From Elusimicrobiota bacterium (GTDB lineage: Bacteria; Elusimicrobiota; Elusimicrobia; UBA1565), in assembly GCA_043819795.1 (NCBI GenBank), contig JBDREN010000137.1:1-18093 (forward strand): a stretch of DNA of 18,093 nucleotides, in the 5' to 3' direction. Under the pieces are notes generated by a model. It did no database searches. It was not told where the DNA came from and saw only the letters and a program-made list of their open reading frames with translations. Numbering within the stretch: position 1 is the first letter of the stretch; each line of letters opens with the position of its first letter. The translations under genes and the position numbers were made by a program. Shown in pieces: positions 8,276 through 16,396 of the stretch.

Positions 8276-10032
8276 ACCGCGGGTCCTCGCGTCGCCCGGC
8301 TTGGCGCGGAGGTTCCTGAAGCTGAGACCAACTCACCCGCGCTCCTGGAGCCGGGGCGGACCGGGAGGCAGACGGCGAAGACGGCGCCCTTGCCCCTCCC
8401 TTCCGAATGGGCCTCCAGGCTCCCGCCGCACTTCTCCACGATGTCCCGGCAGATGGACAGGCCCAATCCCGTGCCGCTCTGCCCGCGGGTCGTGAAGAAC
8501 TTCTCGAACAACCGGGGCAGGTGTTCGGGATCGATGCCGATCCCCGTGTCCTCGACCCGCATCCGGACCCGTCCTCCTTCGGTGTGAGCGGACACCGTCA
8601 AAGTACCGCCCTCGGGCTCGGGCATGGCGTGCAGGGCGTTGACGAAGAGGTTGAGGAAGACCCGCCGCAACGGGTTCTTGGCCGCGAGCACCTTCGGCAA
8701 GTCCGGTTGAAGCTCGGCGCGGACCGCGACCTTGTTCATCCTGGCCTGCGTGTCGACGAGCTCCAGCGTCTCCCGGAGCACCTCCTCCAGCGAGACCTCC
8801 TCCAGCTTGAACTCGTCCCCCCGGGCCAGGTCCATGAGGTGGCGGAGAGTGGCCTCGCAGGACCGCGCGCTCTTTTCCATCCTGCGAATCGTCCCCCGGA
8901 GAGGAGAGTCCGGGGGCGCCGTCTGCCTCAGAAGCTCCGCGCCTGTCAGCAGGTTCATCACGGGGTGGCTCAGATCGTGCACGACCCCGGCCACCAGAAA
9001 GCCCAGGTCCGCCATCTTGGAGGCCTGGGCCACCTGGATGTCCAGCCGCCGCTTCTCGTCGGCGAGGTCCATCTCGTAGAGGAGAAACCCCACGTGCGGG
9101 GAAAGCCATTCCAGCGTCCGCGCGTCATCGCGGGTGAAGCCGCCCTCCTTGCTGAGCAGCTCCACGATGCCCACCGCGCGCCCCTTGTGATAGAAGGCGG
9201 AGACCAGGATGTTCTTGGTCTTGTAGCCGGTCTTCCGGTCGATGGACGGGTCGAAGCGCGGGTCTTTGTACGGGTCGTTGGCGCGGATGCTCTTCCCCTG
9301 CTGGATGACGAAGCCCGCCATCCCCTGGCCGACCTCGAGCTCCACATGCTCCTCGAGGCCCACGGCGAACTCGCTTCTCAGCTTTCCGTCCTTCAGGAGG
9401 AACAGGGAGGCGCGCTCGCAGCCGAACTGGGAGGTCAAAGACTCCGCCAGGATGGGCCAGAACTCCGTCAGGGCCCTCGACTCGATGGCCCGCCTGTTCA
9501 GGTGGGCCACAAGATAGAGCAGCTGCTCGAATCCCGCGTACTGCTCGTCGGCCGAGGCATCCGCACCCTCGGGATCGCCTTCGGCGTCGGGGCGTTGGCG
9601 CGCGCCGCCGTCGGCGCACAAGCGGTCGAAGGCGGCGCCCGCGCCGCGCCGGACCTCCTCCAGCCGCTGGCTGATCCGCCCGAGGACCTCCGGGGTCGTG
9701 AAGCGCTTGACGTCCGCCATGCCCTCGATCCCCGCGATCGCGACGAGCCGGTCGTCGACGCCCGCCTCCCTGGCGGTCTTGGGGACGGCCGCGAGGATCG
9801 CCGCCGCCCCGCGCGGCAGGGGGCATTCCGTGAGGACCATGCCGGCCATGGCGCCGCGGCAGGTTTCGACGGCGGCCTCTTGGACCTCGTGGTCCGGAAG
9901 ACTGCGGCCCTTCAGCCGGGCCAAGAGCGTGCTGTGGACCACGCGCGCCGTCACTTGCGCGGGGTCCCCGAGCTCCCGGATCGAACCGACGACCATCTCT
10001 TTTGTCAGCTGAGCGAGGTTGAACGCTTCCAT
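8272..10032 (-). CDS. Cytoplasmic sensor histidine kinase (586 aa): unknown N-terminal domain + GAF + HisKA + HATPase
   Basis: RBS GGAGGGGAGA before ATG 10032. GAF motif DPYKDPRFDPSIDRKTGYKTKNIL; H-box VVHDLSHP; N-box NLFVNALHAM; G1 EDTGIGI; F LFEKFFTT; G2 GTGLGL. No clear TM helix. Confidence 0.92.
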   Translation of the reverse strand: MEAFNLAQLTKEMVVGSIRELGDPAQVTARVVHSTLLARLKGRSLPDHEVQEAAVETCRGAMAGMVLTECPLPRGAAAILAAVPKTAREAGVDDRLVAIAGIEGMADVKRFTTPEVLGRISQRLEEVRRGAGAAFDRLCADGGARQRPDAEGDPEGADASADEQYAGFEQLLYLVAHLNRRAIESRALTEFWPILAESLTSQFGCERASLFLLKDGKLRSEFAVGLEEHVELEVGQGMAGFVIQQGKSIRANDPYKDPRFDPSIDRKTGYKTKNILVSAFYHKGRAVGIVELLSKEGGFTRDDARTLEWLSPHVGFLLYEMDLADEKRRLDIQVAQASKMADLGFLVAGVVHDLSHPVMNLLTGAELLRQTAPPDSPLRGTIRRMEKSARSCEATLRHLMDLARGDEFKLEEVSLEEVLRETLELVDTQARMNKVAVRAELQPDLPKVLAAKNPLRRVFLNLFVNALHAMPEPEGGTLTVSAHTEGGRVRMRVEDTGIGIDPEHLPRLFEKFFTTRGQSGTGLGLSICRDIVEKCGGSLEAHSEGRGKGAVFAVCLPVRPGSRSAGELVSASGTSAPSRATRGPAV

Positions 10033-10113
10033 TCTCCCCTCCGCGGCCCGGCGGCCCATCCCGGTCCCCCGGATCGAGACCGTACTCCGATCGCGTCCGA
10101 GAGTTTCCGTTAC

Positions 10114-10223
10114 AGGCTTGCAGAATCCCCGCGCGGGCGCAAGCTCAGAATTTCTTAAGAAAAAAGTCCTTTGAAAGGCGGCGCAAATCCGCCGGTCTGG
10201 ACCGGGCTTAAGGGGGGATTCAG
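10114..10223 (-). promoter_or_regulatory. 110-bp promoter/operator module, copy E3
   Basis: TTGCGC-17-AAGCCT; CTTAAG at 10154 and 10207. Confidence 0.75.
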
Positions 10224-10260
10224 GCGCACATCCGGCGAACACGTGCGCCGTTCATGAAAC

Positions 10261-10322
10261 GGATTGCTCGAAGAATTCCGGCGCTGGAAAGAGATGCGCA
10301 CCGGGAATTCTTCGAGGAATCC
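10261..10322. repeat. Long inverted repeat downstream of the response regulator (hairpin, terminator-like or operator)
   Basis: ggattgctcgaagaattccgg ... ccgggaattcttcgaggaatcc; no clear U-tract. Confidence 0.55.
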
Positions 10323-10399
10323 AAGACCGCCGAAGGCACATGAAAGAACACATCGTCGAGGAAGACGGCTGCGATGAACGTTCGCGGATTCAGGCCCGG

Positions 10400-11074
10400 C
10401 TACTCGAACTTATAGCCGACCTTGGAGACCGTCACGATGCGCTTCCTCGCGTCGCCCAGCTTGGCTCGAAGGTTCCTGATATGGACCTCGACCGTATTGT
10501 CGCGAAGCACCGTGTGCCACAGCTTGGAGAGTATGAACTGCTTGGAGAACACCTTGGGCCTGTTGCGCACCAGCTCATAGAGCAGGTCGAACTCCTTGCG
10601 CGTGAGGTCGCCGATGACCCGGCCGCCGGTCCGCACGGTGAAGGTCTGCGGGTCCATCACGAAGTCGTCGGAGCGCAGGACCCCGCTCTTCGACTCGTCC
10701 ATCCCGGCACGGCGCAGAAGGGCCGCCGCCCACATGGGCAGCTCGTCCATCTGGGTCAGCTTCAACAGGTATTGGTCCGCGCCCGCGCCGAAGCCCTTCT
10801 CCATGTCCCGCATCATCGCCATGGCCGTCAGCATGATGACGGGCGTGGAGGCCAGCTCGGGATCGGCCCGTATCTTCTGGCACAAGGAGAGGCCGCTCCC
10901 GTCCGGCAGGCATACGTCCAGGATGACCAGCGAGGGCCGGAACTCCCGGAGATAACGCCAGCCTTCGGCGCAAGTCGACACGTGGATGAAGGAGTAGCCC
11001 CCGGGAGAGAGGATCTCCTTGATCCGCGCCGCCTCATCCAGATCGTCTTCTATGATCAGGACCGTCACGCCCAT
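10400..11074 (-). CDS. OmpR/PhoB-family DNA-binding response regulator (224 aa; alternative starts 11110/11119)
   Basis: Receiver motifs IIEDD, ILDVCLPDGSG, VIMLTA, GADQYLLK. Winged helix LTRKEFDLL...SKQFIL...NTVEVHIRNLRAKLG...TVSKVGYKF. Confidence 0.93.
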   Translation of the reverse strand: MGVTVLIIEDDLDEAARIKEILSPGGYSFIHVSTCAEGWRYLREFRPSLVILDVCLPDGSGLSLCQKIRADPELASTPVIMLTAMAMMRDMEKGFGAGADQYLLKLTQMDELPMWAAALLRRAGMDESKSGVLRSDDFVMDPQTFTVRTGGRVIGDLTRKEFDLLYELVRNRPKVFSKQFILSKLWHTVLRDNTVEVHIRNLRAKLGDARKRIVTVSKVGYKFE

Positions 11075-11109
11075 GTCGCGACCCCTGGGACCGTCGGCTT
11101 CGATACTCA

Positions 11110-11138
11110 TATATACCATAACCGCTTCAACTCGTAAA
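11110..11138 (-). promoter_or_regulatory. Putative promoter of the response regulator (TTTACG-17-TATATA with TGn extension)
   Basis: Hexamers with 17-nt spacing in an AT-rich divergent intergenic region. Confidence 0.4.
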
Positions 11139-11343
11139 TATGATTCCGCCGTAGAAAACCGGCCTGCGAAGAGGATTCTTGCGGAATTCGCGCAAGTAAA
11201 CGGGCAATTCCGGCGAATTCCTCAAGGATTCGATATGCGGAAACGTTTTTGCGGACGGCCCCAATATGGCCAATAAGGTAAAATGCCGAAAGCCCTTGCC
11301 CAAAGATTACCGAGATCAGCCAGAGCACCTCAAGGCGCCCGGA

Positions 11344-13098
11344 ATGAAAGCCGGCCGCGCGGGACTTTTGCTCCCGGCCCTCATCATCCTTTGCTGCCTG
11401 GCCGCGTACTTCAACAGCGTCGGCAACGGGTTCGTCTACGACGATAAGCATATCATCGTCGAGAACCCGCTCATCCGGAAGCTCTCCTTCGCGCCCTACC
11501 TGTTCGGGACCACCTACTGGGGCATGGACGTCAACGCCCCGAAAGCCCGGGAAGGCGGCCTCTACAGGCCGCTGACCATGCTGAGCTATTCGGTGAACTA
11601 CCGGCTCGGGGGACTCGAGCCCGTCGGCTATCACCTGGCGAACCTGGTCCTGCACGTCTTCGTCTCGGTCATGCTCTTCTTCCTGCTGCGGAGGCTCGGG
11701 CTTTCGGACGGGGCCTCCGGCCTCGCCGCGCTGGCGTTCTCCGCGCTTCCCGTGCATACCGAGGCGGTGAGCTCGGTGGTGGGAAGAGCGGAGCTCTTGG
11801 CCGCGGCGTTCCTGCTTTGCTCGTGGCGGCTCGCGCACCTGCGCGCGGGCGCGTTCCGGATGGGCCTGTCGGTCGTCTTCTTCCTGCTCGCTTTGCTGTC
11901 CAAAGAGAACGCCGCCGTTTTCCCGCTGGTCCTGGCTCTCGCCGAATACGCCTCCCATCCCGGCTCCTGGAAAGAGGTCCTGAAGGCGCGGGCCGGCGTC
12001 TGGGCGCTGTTTCTCGTCGCGCTGCTTTTGTATCTCGAATGGAGGTACCACATCACGGGCGCGGTCTTCGCGACCGGCGGCGAGCCGTACTTTTCGTCCC
12101 AGACCACGCCCGTCGTGTTTCTGACGATGTCGAAGTTTTTCGCCCGGAAGTATCTCTGGCCCATGGCCACGGGGCTCGGCCTGAGCGCGGAATACCCGCC
12201 CGGCGCCTTCCCCGACGCGGGCCCGGGCGACGCGGGCGCGTGGGCCTGCCTTCTCTCGATCGCGGCCGTGGCCGGCGCCGCCCTCTGGACGCTCGCGCGC
12301 GCGAAGAGCGCGAAGGCGCTTTCCATCATGGTATTCTTCGCCTTCCTGCTGCCCGTGCTGAACGTCTTTTTCAGGATCGACGTGATCGGGGCCGAACGGT
12401 TCCTATATCTCCCCTCCATCGGGTTCTGCATGCTGCTGGGCTGCCGGTGGGAAGACCTCGCCGCCGCCAGGAGCCGGGCCGCGGTCCTCTACGCGTTTCT
12501 CGCGGCGTTCTGCCTGGTCTGGTGGACCTTCAAGACCGTGGAGAGGAACCGCGACTGGCGCTCGGACCAGAGCTTCTGGGCGGCCGTCGAGAAGTCCACG
12601 GGGCGAAGCCCGCGCACGCTCAACAGCCTGGGCACGGTCTACGACCGGACGGGAAACCGCGTTGTCGCGCGGCGCTACTACACCAAAGCGCTCGCCCTGG
12701 ACCCGGACCTGGCCAACGCCATGTACAACATGGGCAAGTCCTTTTTCGACGAAGGAGACCAAAAGAACGCGAAGAGCTGGTTCTTGAAGGCGCTCGACGC
12801 CGGAGCGGGTCCGGACAAGGACACGCTCTGCTTCCTGGGGCTGATCGCCCAAGAGCGGCGGGACTACGCGACGGCCGTCCGCCGCTTCAGGCAGGCGCTG
12901 GAGGTCAACCCGTACTATCCGACGGCGCGCAGGAACCTGGGCCTGCTGCTCTTCAGCCTCGGCAACGTCGAGGAGGGCGCCGGGCATCTGCGGCAGTACC
13001 TGAGGTTCGCGCCCGACGAGGACGAGTCGGCGGACGTGCGGAAGCTTCTGGACCGGTTCGAAGGCCGGGCGGCGCCATCCGGCGCGGGAGGGGGTTGA
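11344..13098 (+). CDS. TMTC-like GT-C membrane protein O-glycosyl(mannosyl)transferase with C-terminal TPRs (alternative start 11266)
   Basis: NGFVYDD, LYRPLT, YHLANLVLH, PVHTEAVSSVVGRAE, SKE, AERFLYLP, RNRDW; many TM segments, then TPR units (AMYNMG, ARRNLG). Confidence 0.88.
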   Translation: MKAGRAGLLLPALIILCCLAAYFNSVGNGFVYDDKHIIVENPLIRKLSFAPYLFGTTYWGMDVNAPKAREGGLYRPLTMLSYSVNYRLGGLEPVGYHLANLVLHVFVSVMLFFLLRRLGLSDGASGLAALAFSALPVHTEAVSSVVGRAELLAAAFLLCSWRLAHLRAGAFRMGLSVVFFLLALLSKENAAVFPLVLALAEYASHPGSWKEVLKARAGVWALFLVALLLYLEWRYHITGAVFATGGEPYFSSQTTPVVFLTMSKFFARKYLWPMATGLGLSAEYPPGAFPDAGPGDAGAWACLLSIAAVAGAALWTLARAKSAKALSIMVFFAFLLPVLNVFFRIDVIGAERFLYLPSIGFCMLLGCRWEDLAAARSRAAVLYAFLAAFCLVWWTFKTVERNRDWRSDQSFWAAVEKSTGRSPRTLNSLGTVYDRTGNRVVARRYYTKALALDPDLANAMYNMGKSFFDEGDQKNAKSWFLKALDAGAGPDKDTLCFLGLIAQERRDYATAVRRFRQALEVNPYYPTARRNLGLLLFSLGNVEEGAGHLRQYLRFAPDEDESADVRKLLDRFEGRAAPSGAGGG

Positions 13099-14048
13099 TG
13101 AAAGGGCTTTATTTCTCCGACGGGACGCTCTCGCTGCGCGCCGACCTTCCCGAGCCCGAGCCGCGCCCGGACGAGGCGCTCATCAAAGTCGTCAAGGCCG
13201 GCATCTGCCGCACCGACCTCGAGATCGTCAGGGGCTACATGGGGTTCACCGGCGTTCCCGGGCACGAGTTCGTGGGGATCGTGGAGAAACCCGAGGGCCA
13301 CGCCCTTTCGGGCAGGAGGGTCGTGGGGGAGATCAACTGCGGCTGCGGCCATTGCTCGTTCTGCCAGGACGGGATGAAGAACCACTGCCCCGGCCGCACC
13401 GTCCTGGGGATACAGGGCAAAGACGGCGCCTTCGCCGAGCGGCTCTGCCTGCCCCTCGAGAACCTGCTTCCCGTGCCGGACGGCGTGAGCGACGAGGAAG
13501 CGGTCTTCGTGGAGCCCGTGGCCGCGGCCTGCCGCATCACCGAGCAGCTGGATGTCCGGGGCAAGAAGGTCCTGGTGCTCGGCGACGGCAAGCTCGGGCT
13601 TCTGATCGCGCAGGTCCTGAGCCTGTCGGAAGGGCGGGTGACGCTCTGCGGCAAGCACCCGGAGAAGCTCGCCCTGCTCGAAGGCACGGAGGTCTCGACC
13701 GCGCGCCTTAGCGACCTCGAGCCCGGCGAGCTCCACGACGTGGTCGTGGACGCCACGGGGAGGCCGGAAGGCCTGCCCTTGGCCCTCGCCCACGCCAGGC
13801 CCCGCGGGCAACTCGTCCTCAAGACGACCGCGGCCCGCCCCCCGGACATCGACCACAACCAGCTGGTCATCAACGAGATCACGATCGTGGGCTCGCGCTG
13901 CGGCCCCTTCGGCGAAGGGCTCCGCCTGCTGGGGACCGGAAAGCTGAGGCTGGCCCCGCTCGTTCATAAGACTTTCCCCCTGGATGAAGGACTAGAGGCC
14001 TTCGCGGAGGCCGCCGAGCCGGGCGCGCTCAAGGTCCTGATCGGGTAG
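13098..14048 (+). CDS. Zn-dependent alcohol dehydrogenase (MDR superfamily), 316 aa
   Basis: ATG overlaps the upstream TGA (TGATG). Motifs GICRTD and PGHEFVG, structural Zn CGHCSFC...HC, Rossmann VLGDGKLG. Confidence 0.92.
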   Translation: MKGLYFSDGTLSLRADLPEPEPRPDEALIKVVKAGICRTDLEIVRGYMGFTGVPGHEFVGIVEKPEGHALSGRRVVGEINCGCGHCSFCQDGMKNHCPGRTVLGIQGKDGAFAERLCLPLENLLPVPDGVSDEEAVFVEPVAAACRITEQLDVRGKKVLVLGDGKLGLLIAQVLSLSEGRVTLCGKHPEKLALLEGTEVSTARLSDLEPGELHDVVVDATGRPEGLPLALAHARPRGQLVLKTTAARPPDIDHNQLVINEITIVGSRCGPFGEGLRLLGTGKLRLAPLVHKTFPLDEGLEAFAEAAEPGALKVLIG

Positions 14049-14106
14049 TAGACGCCCCCGCCCCAAGTTCGCGCACACTCGGACAACGCCAGGTCGAGCG
14101 GCATGG

Positions 14107-14165
14107 ACGACACGCCGAGCCGTGGATTGACCAAGACCGGGTTCTTGGTATAATTATTCATAGAA
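14107..14165 (+). promoter_or_regulatory. Module A1: promoter TTGACC-16-TATAAT with extended -10; repeat of 16305-16363
   Basis: 51/59 identical to A2, including a 25-bp identical run gttcttggtataattattcatagaa. Confidence 0.8.
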
Positions 14166-14187
14166 CGCGCCGTAGGAGGATCGCATC

Positions 14188-14868
14188 ATGGCAGCGCAGG
14201 TAGATGAGCACGGGCGACCTGTAACCCTGGCGTTCAACGCATCGCGGAGGGCGGAGCGGACAATCGACGAGCTCCTCGGGCTCTGCAAGGGGATCCTCGC
14301 TGATGGCGTCGTCAACGAGAAGGAAGCGGAGGCGCTGCGGTCCTGGATGACGGCCAACCCGGAGACTGCGACCATCTGGCCGGCGAACGTGCTGGCTGAC
14401 CGGCTGGAGCGGATTTTCGCGGACGGGCGCGTGGATGACGACGAGCTGACCGAACTCAGGGATCTTCTCACCTCGATCACCGGGCAGGAGCGCGATGAGC
14501 CCGTCGCCGAACACAAGGCGACCCGCCTGCCGGTCGACGATCCGGCGCCGCCCGTGGAGTTCCCCGGCCGGCTGTTCTGCCTCACGGGGCAGTTCGTCTA
14601 CGGATCCCGCAAGGCCTGCGAGGATGCGATCGTCAAACGGGACGGCCAATGCCAGGGCAATCCGACCAGCGAGACGAATTACCTGGTCATCGGCACGCTC
14701 TGCAGCCACGACTGGGCTCGCAGCGTGTATGGCCGCAAGATCGAGAAGGTGGTACGCGGCCGGCAGAACGAAGAATACACCGCCGCCATCGTCAGCGAGG
14801 AGCATTGGACGCGGCACCTCTCGCGAGCCCCAGAACCCGCCGATCCCCCGCCGCCCGCGAACCCTTGA
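14188..14868 (+). CDS. BRCT-domain protein with N-terminal TerB-like helical domain (226 aa)
   Basis: RBS AGGAGG. N-terminal GILADGVVNEKE and FADGRVDDDE; BRCT FCLTGQF...NYLVIG...GRKIEK...IVSEEHW. No ligase catalytic domain. Confidence 0.85.
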   Translation: MAAQVDEHGRPVTLAFNASRRAERTIDELLGLCKGILADGVVNEKEAEALRSWMTANPETATIWPANVLADRLERIFADGRVDDDELTELRDLLTSITGQERDEPVAEHKATRLPVDDPAPPVEFPGRLFCLTGQFVYGSRKACEDAIVKRDGQCQGNPTSETNYLVIGTLCSHDWARSVYGRKIEKVVRGRQNEEYTAAIVSEEHWTRHLSRAPEPADPPPPANP

Positions 14869-14890
14869 TCCATCGAGCCTGCGAATAGGC

Positions 14891-15111
14891 CCGCTCGAAT
14901 CGTCCCGCTGGATGCGGGAGCGGTGACCTCCATGGGCCCGCCGCAATCCGGGCCGGGGCAGACGCCGAAACCTAGTGTAGCGCGTCATATGTCCCTTTAC
15001 TTATTCTCTCGACGGAGGGTGCATTGATCCGTCGCATCAAACGTCAAGAAGCGTTGGACGCACTACACTGATATGAAGTTATCCACAAACTTGCCCCGGG
15101 GCAAGTTGACG
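14891..15111 (+). repeat. Module B1: copy of the integrase 3' end + DnaA-box-like nonamer + 20-bp palindrome, interrupted by a MITE
   Basis: 14891-14976 matches 17139-17224 (first 39 bp identical, about 76/86 overall); 15075-15111 matches 17229-17265 (36/37). Confidence 0.9.
14974..15069. mobile_element. ~95-bp MITE-like insertion with terminal inverted repeats
   Basis: AGTGTAGCGCGTC (14974-14986) / GACGCACTACACT (15057-15069), 12/13 complementary. The segment is absent from paralogous module B2. Confidence 0.65.
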
Positions 15112-15210
15112 CTCCCTCCGCCGCGTTAGCACTGCCGATATACGGAACCATTTAGCCGCTCAGTCGTATATCTCGGGTGAGGCCCCAGGCCCATGCCATG
15201 AGGAGAGGCC

Positions 15211-16323
15211 ATGCAAATACCCGTTGACTGCGATACGCTCAGCGACCGCGACTTGATCTTCCGGTTGAAGCAAGCGACCACCCAGGAACGGCGATCCCTG
15301 ATCATGCTCTTGTGTTATCTCGCGGAAGCCGACCGCCGCCAGCTCCACGCCAAGGAGAGTTCCCCCTCCCTGTTCGCCTACTGTGTCGCGGAACTACACT
15401 ATTGCGAAGGCGCCGCATACCGGCGCATCCACGCGGCACGAGCGGCCAGCAAGTTCCCCGCCATTTATTCGCTCCTGGCGGATGGGGCTCTCTCCCTGGG
15501 AACGATCTCGATGCTGGCGCCGCATCTCACGAAGGAGAATTCTGGAAACTTGCTCGCCCGCGCACAGGGCAAGAGCAAGCGGGAGCTGCAATTCCTGCTC
15601 GCATCGCTCTCGCCCGGGACGGAACGGCCCGACTTTGCCCGGTGCCTGCCCGCGCAGCCAGCGCAAACCACCTCCCCATCGCCTAGCACCCCCCTGCGAA
15701 TGCTTCCAGCGCCCGAATCGGCCCCGGATCCGATTGCCGGGCCGGAAGGGAGCACGTCCCTGGTGTCGTTCCGGGCGTCCCCTGTTCCACAAAGCCATCG
15801 TCAGTCCGTCCAACCCTACGCTCGTCATCGGGCGCGGATCGCGTTCGATTGCGATGAAGGCCTTCTCCGGAAGCTTGAAAGGGCCCGCGAAGTCCTGCGC
15901 CACAAGTTTCCCGCCGGGAGGTATGAGGAAATCTTCACTGAGGCCCTGGAGGCCTTACTCGACAAGAAGGACCCCGAACACAGACTTCAGCGCAACAAGG
16001 GACACGGGCGCCGAGCGAACCGCGAACAGCGCGGGCGCGTCGATGGATCGAGGACGCTGCCTCGCACGCGGAGAATCCCGCAAGCGGTCAGAGACGAAGT
16101 CTGGCGCCGCGACGGGGGGCGGTGCGCCTTCACTGGTCCCGACGGCAGTCGTTGCCCGGAGCGCGGCGGTCTTGAGTTCGACCACATGATCCCCTGGGCC
16201 CTCGGCGGAAGGTCGGATACGCCGCGGAACATCCGCCTGCTCTGCCGGACTCACAACCGACTGCTCGCCAGACAGGCCTTCGGCGATGCCGCAATGCGCC
16301 CTGCACGACACGCCAAGCGGTGA
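15211..16323 (+). CDS. HNH endonuclease with long N-terminal helical domain (DUF222-like architecture), 370 aa
   Basis: RBS GAGGAG. C-terminal VRDEVWRRDGGRCAF...RC...LEFDHMIPWALGG...NIRLLCRTHN; N-terminal SLFAYC..LHY.EGAAYRRI.AAR. Confidence 0.9.
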   Translation: MQIPVDCDTLSDRDLIFRLKQATTQERRSLIMLLCYLAEADRRQLHAKESSPSLFAYCVAELHYCEGAAYRRIHAARAASKFPAIYSLLADGALSLGTISMLAPHLTKENSGNLLARAQGKSKRELQFLLASLSPGTERPDFARCLPAQPAQTTSPSPSTPLRMLPAPESAPDPIAGPEGSTSLVSFRASPVPQSHRQSVQPYARHRARIAFDCDEGLLRKLERAREVLRHKFPAGRYEEIFTEALEALLDKKDPEHRLQRNKGHGRRANREQRGRVDGSRTLPRTRRIPQAVRDEVWRRDGGRCAFTGPDGSRCPERGGLEFDHMIPWALGGRSDTPRNIRLLCRTHNRLLARQAFGDAAMRPARHAKR

Positions 16324-16363
16324 ATTGAATAACCCCGTGTTCTTGGTATAATTATTCATAGAA
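16305..16363 (+). promoter_or_regulatory. Module A2: promoter TTGAAT-16-TATAAT, overlapping the HNH 3' end
   Basis: Repeat of 14107-14165. Confidence 0.8.
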
Positions 16364-16396
16364 AGAAACCGCCTCCGTGCCCGCGGGACAGGCGGT

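Noticed and set aside
8407..10158. 583-aa + strand ORF, plus 5485-7053 (-), 10340-11137 (+), 12915-13967 (-) and 16352-17503 (-)
   Set aside because: Shadow or alternate-frame ORFs over well-supported genes, as expected in high-GC DNA.
10033..10242. 70-codon N-terminal extension of the kinase in the ORF track
   Set aside because: It translates promoter module E3; the RBS and the paralogue place the start at 10032.
11817..13097. Long N-terminal extension of the 743-aa ORF
   Set aside because: Off-frame overlap with the TMTC-like gene; the dehydrogenase begins at ATG 13098.
14188..14868. NAD-dependent DNA ligase
   Set aside because: Only a BRCT domain is shared; there is no adenylation (KxDG) or OB domain.
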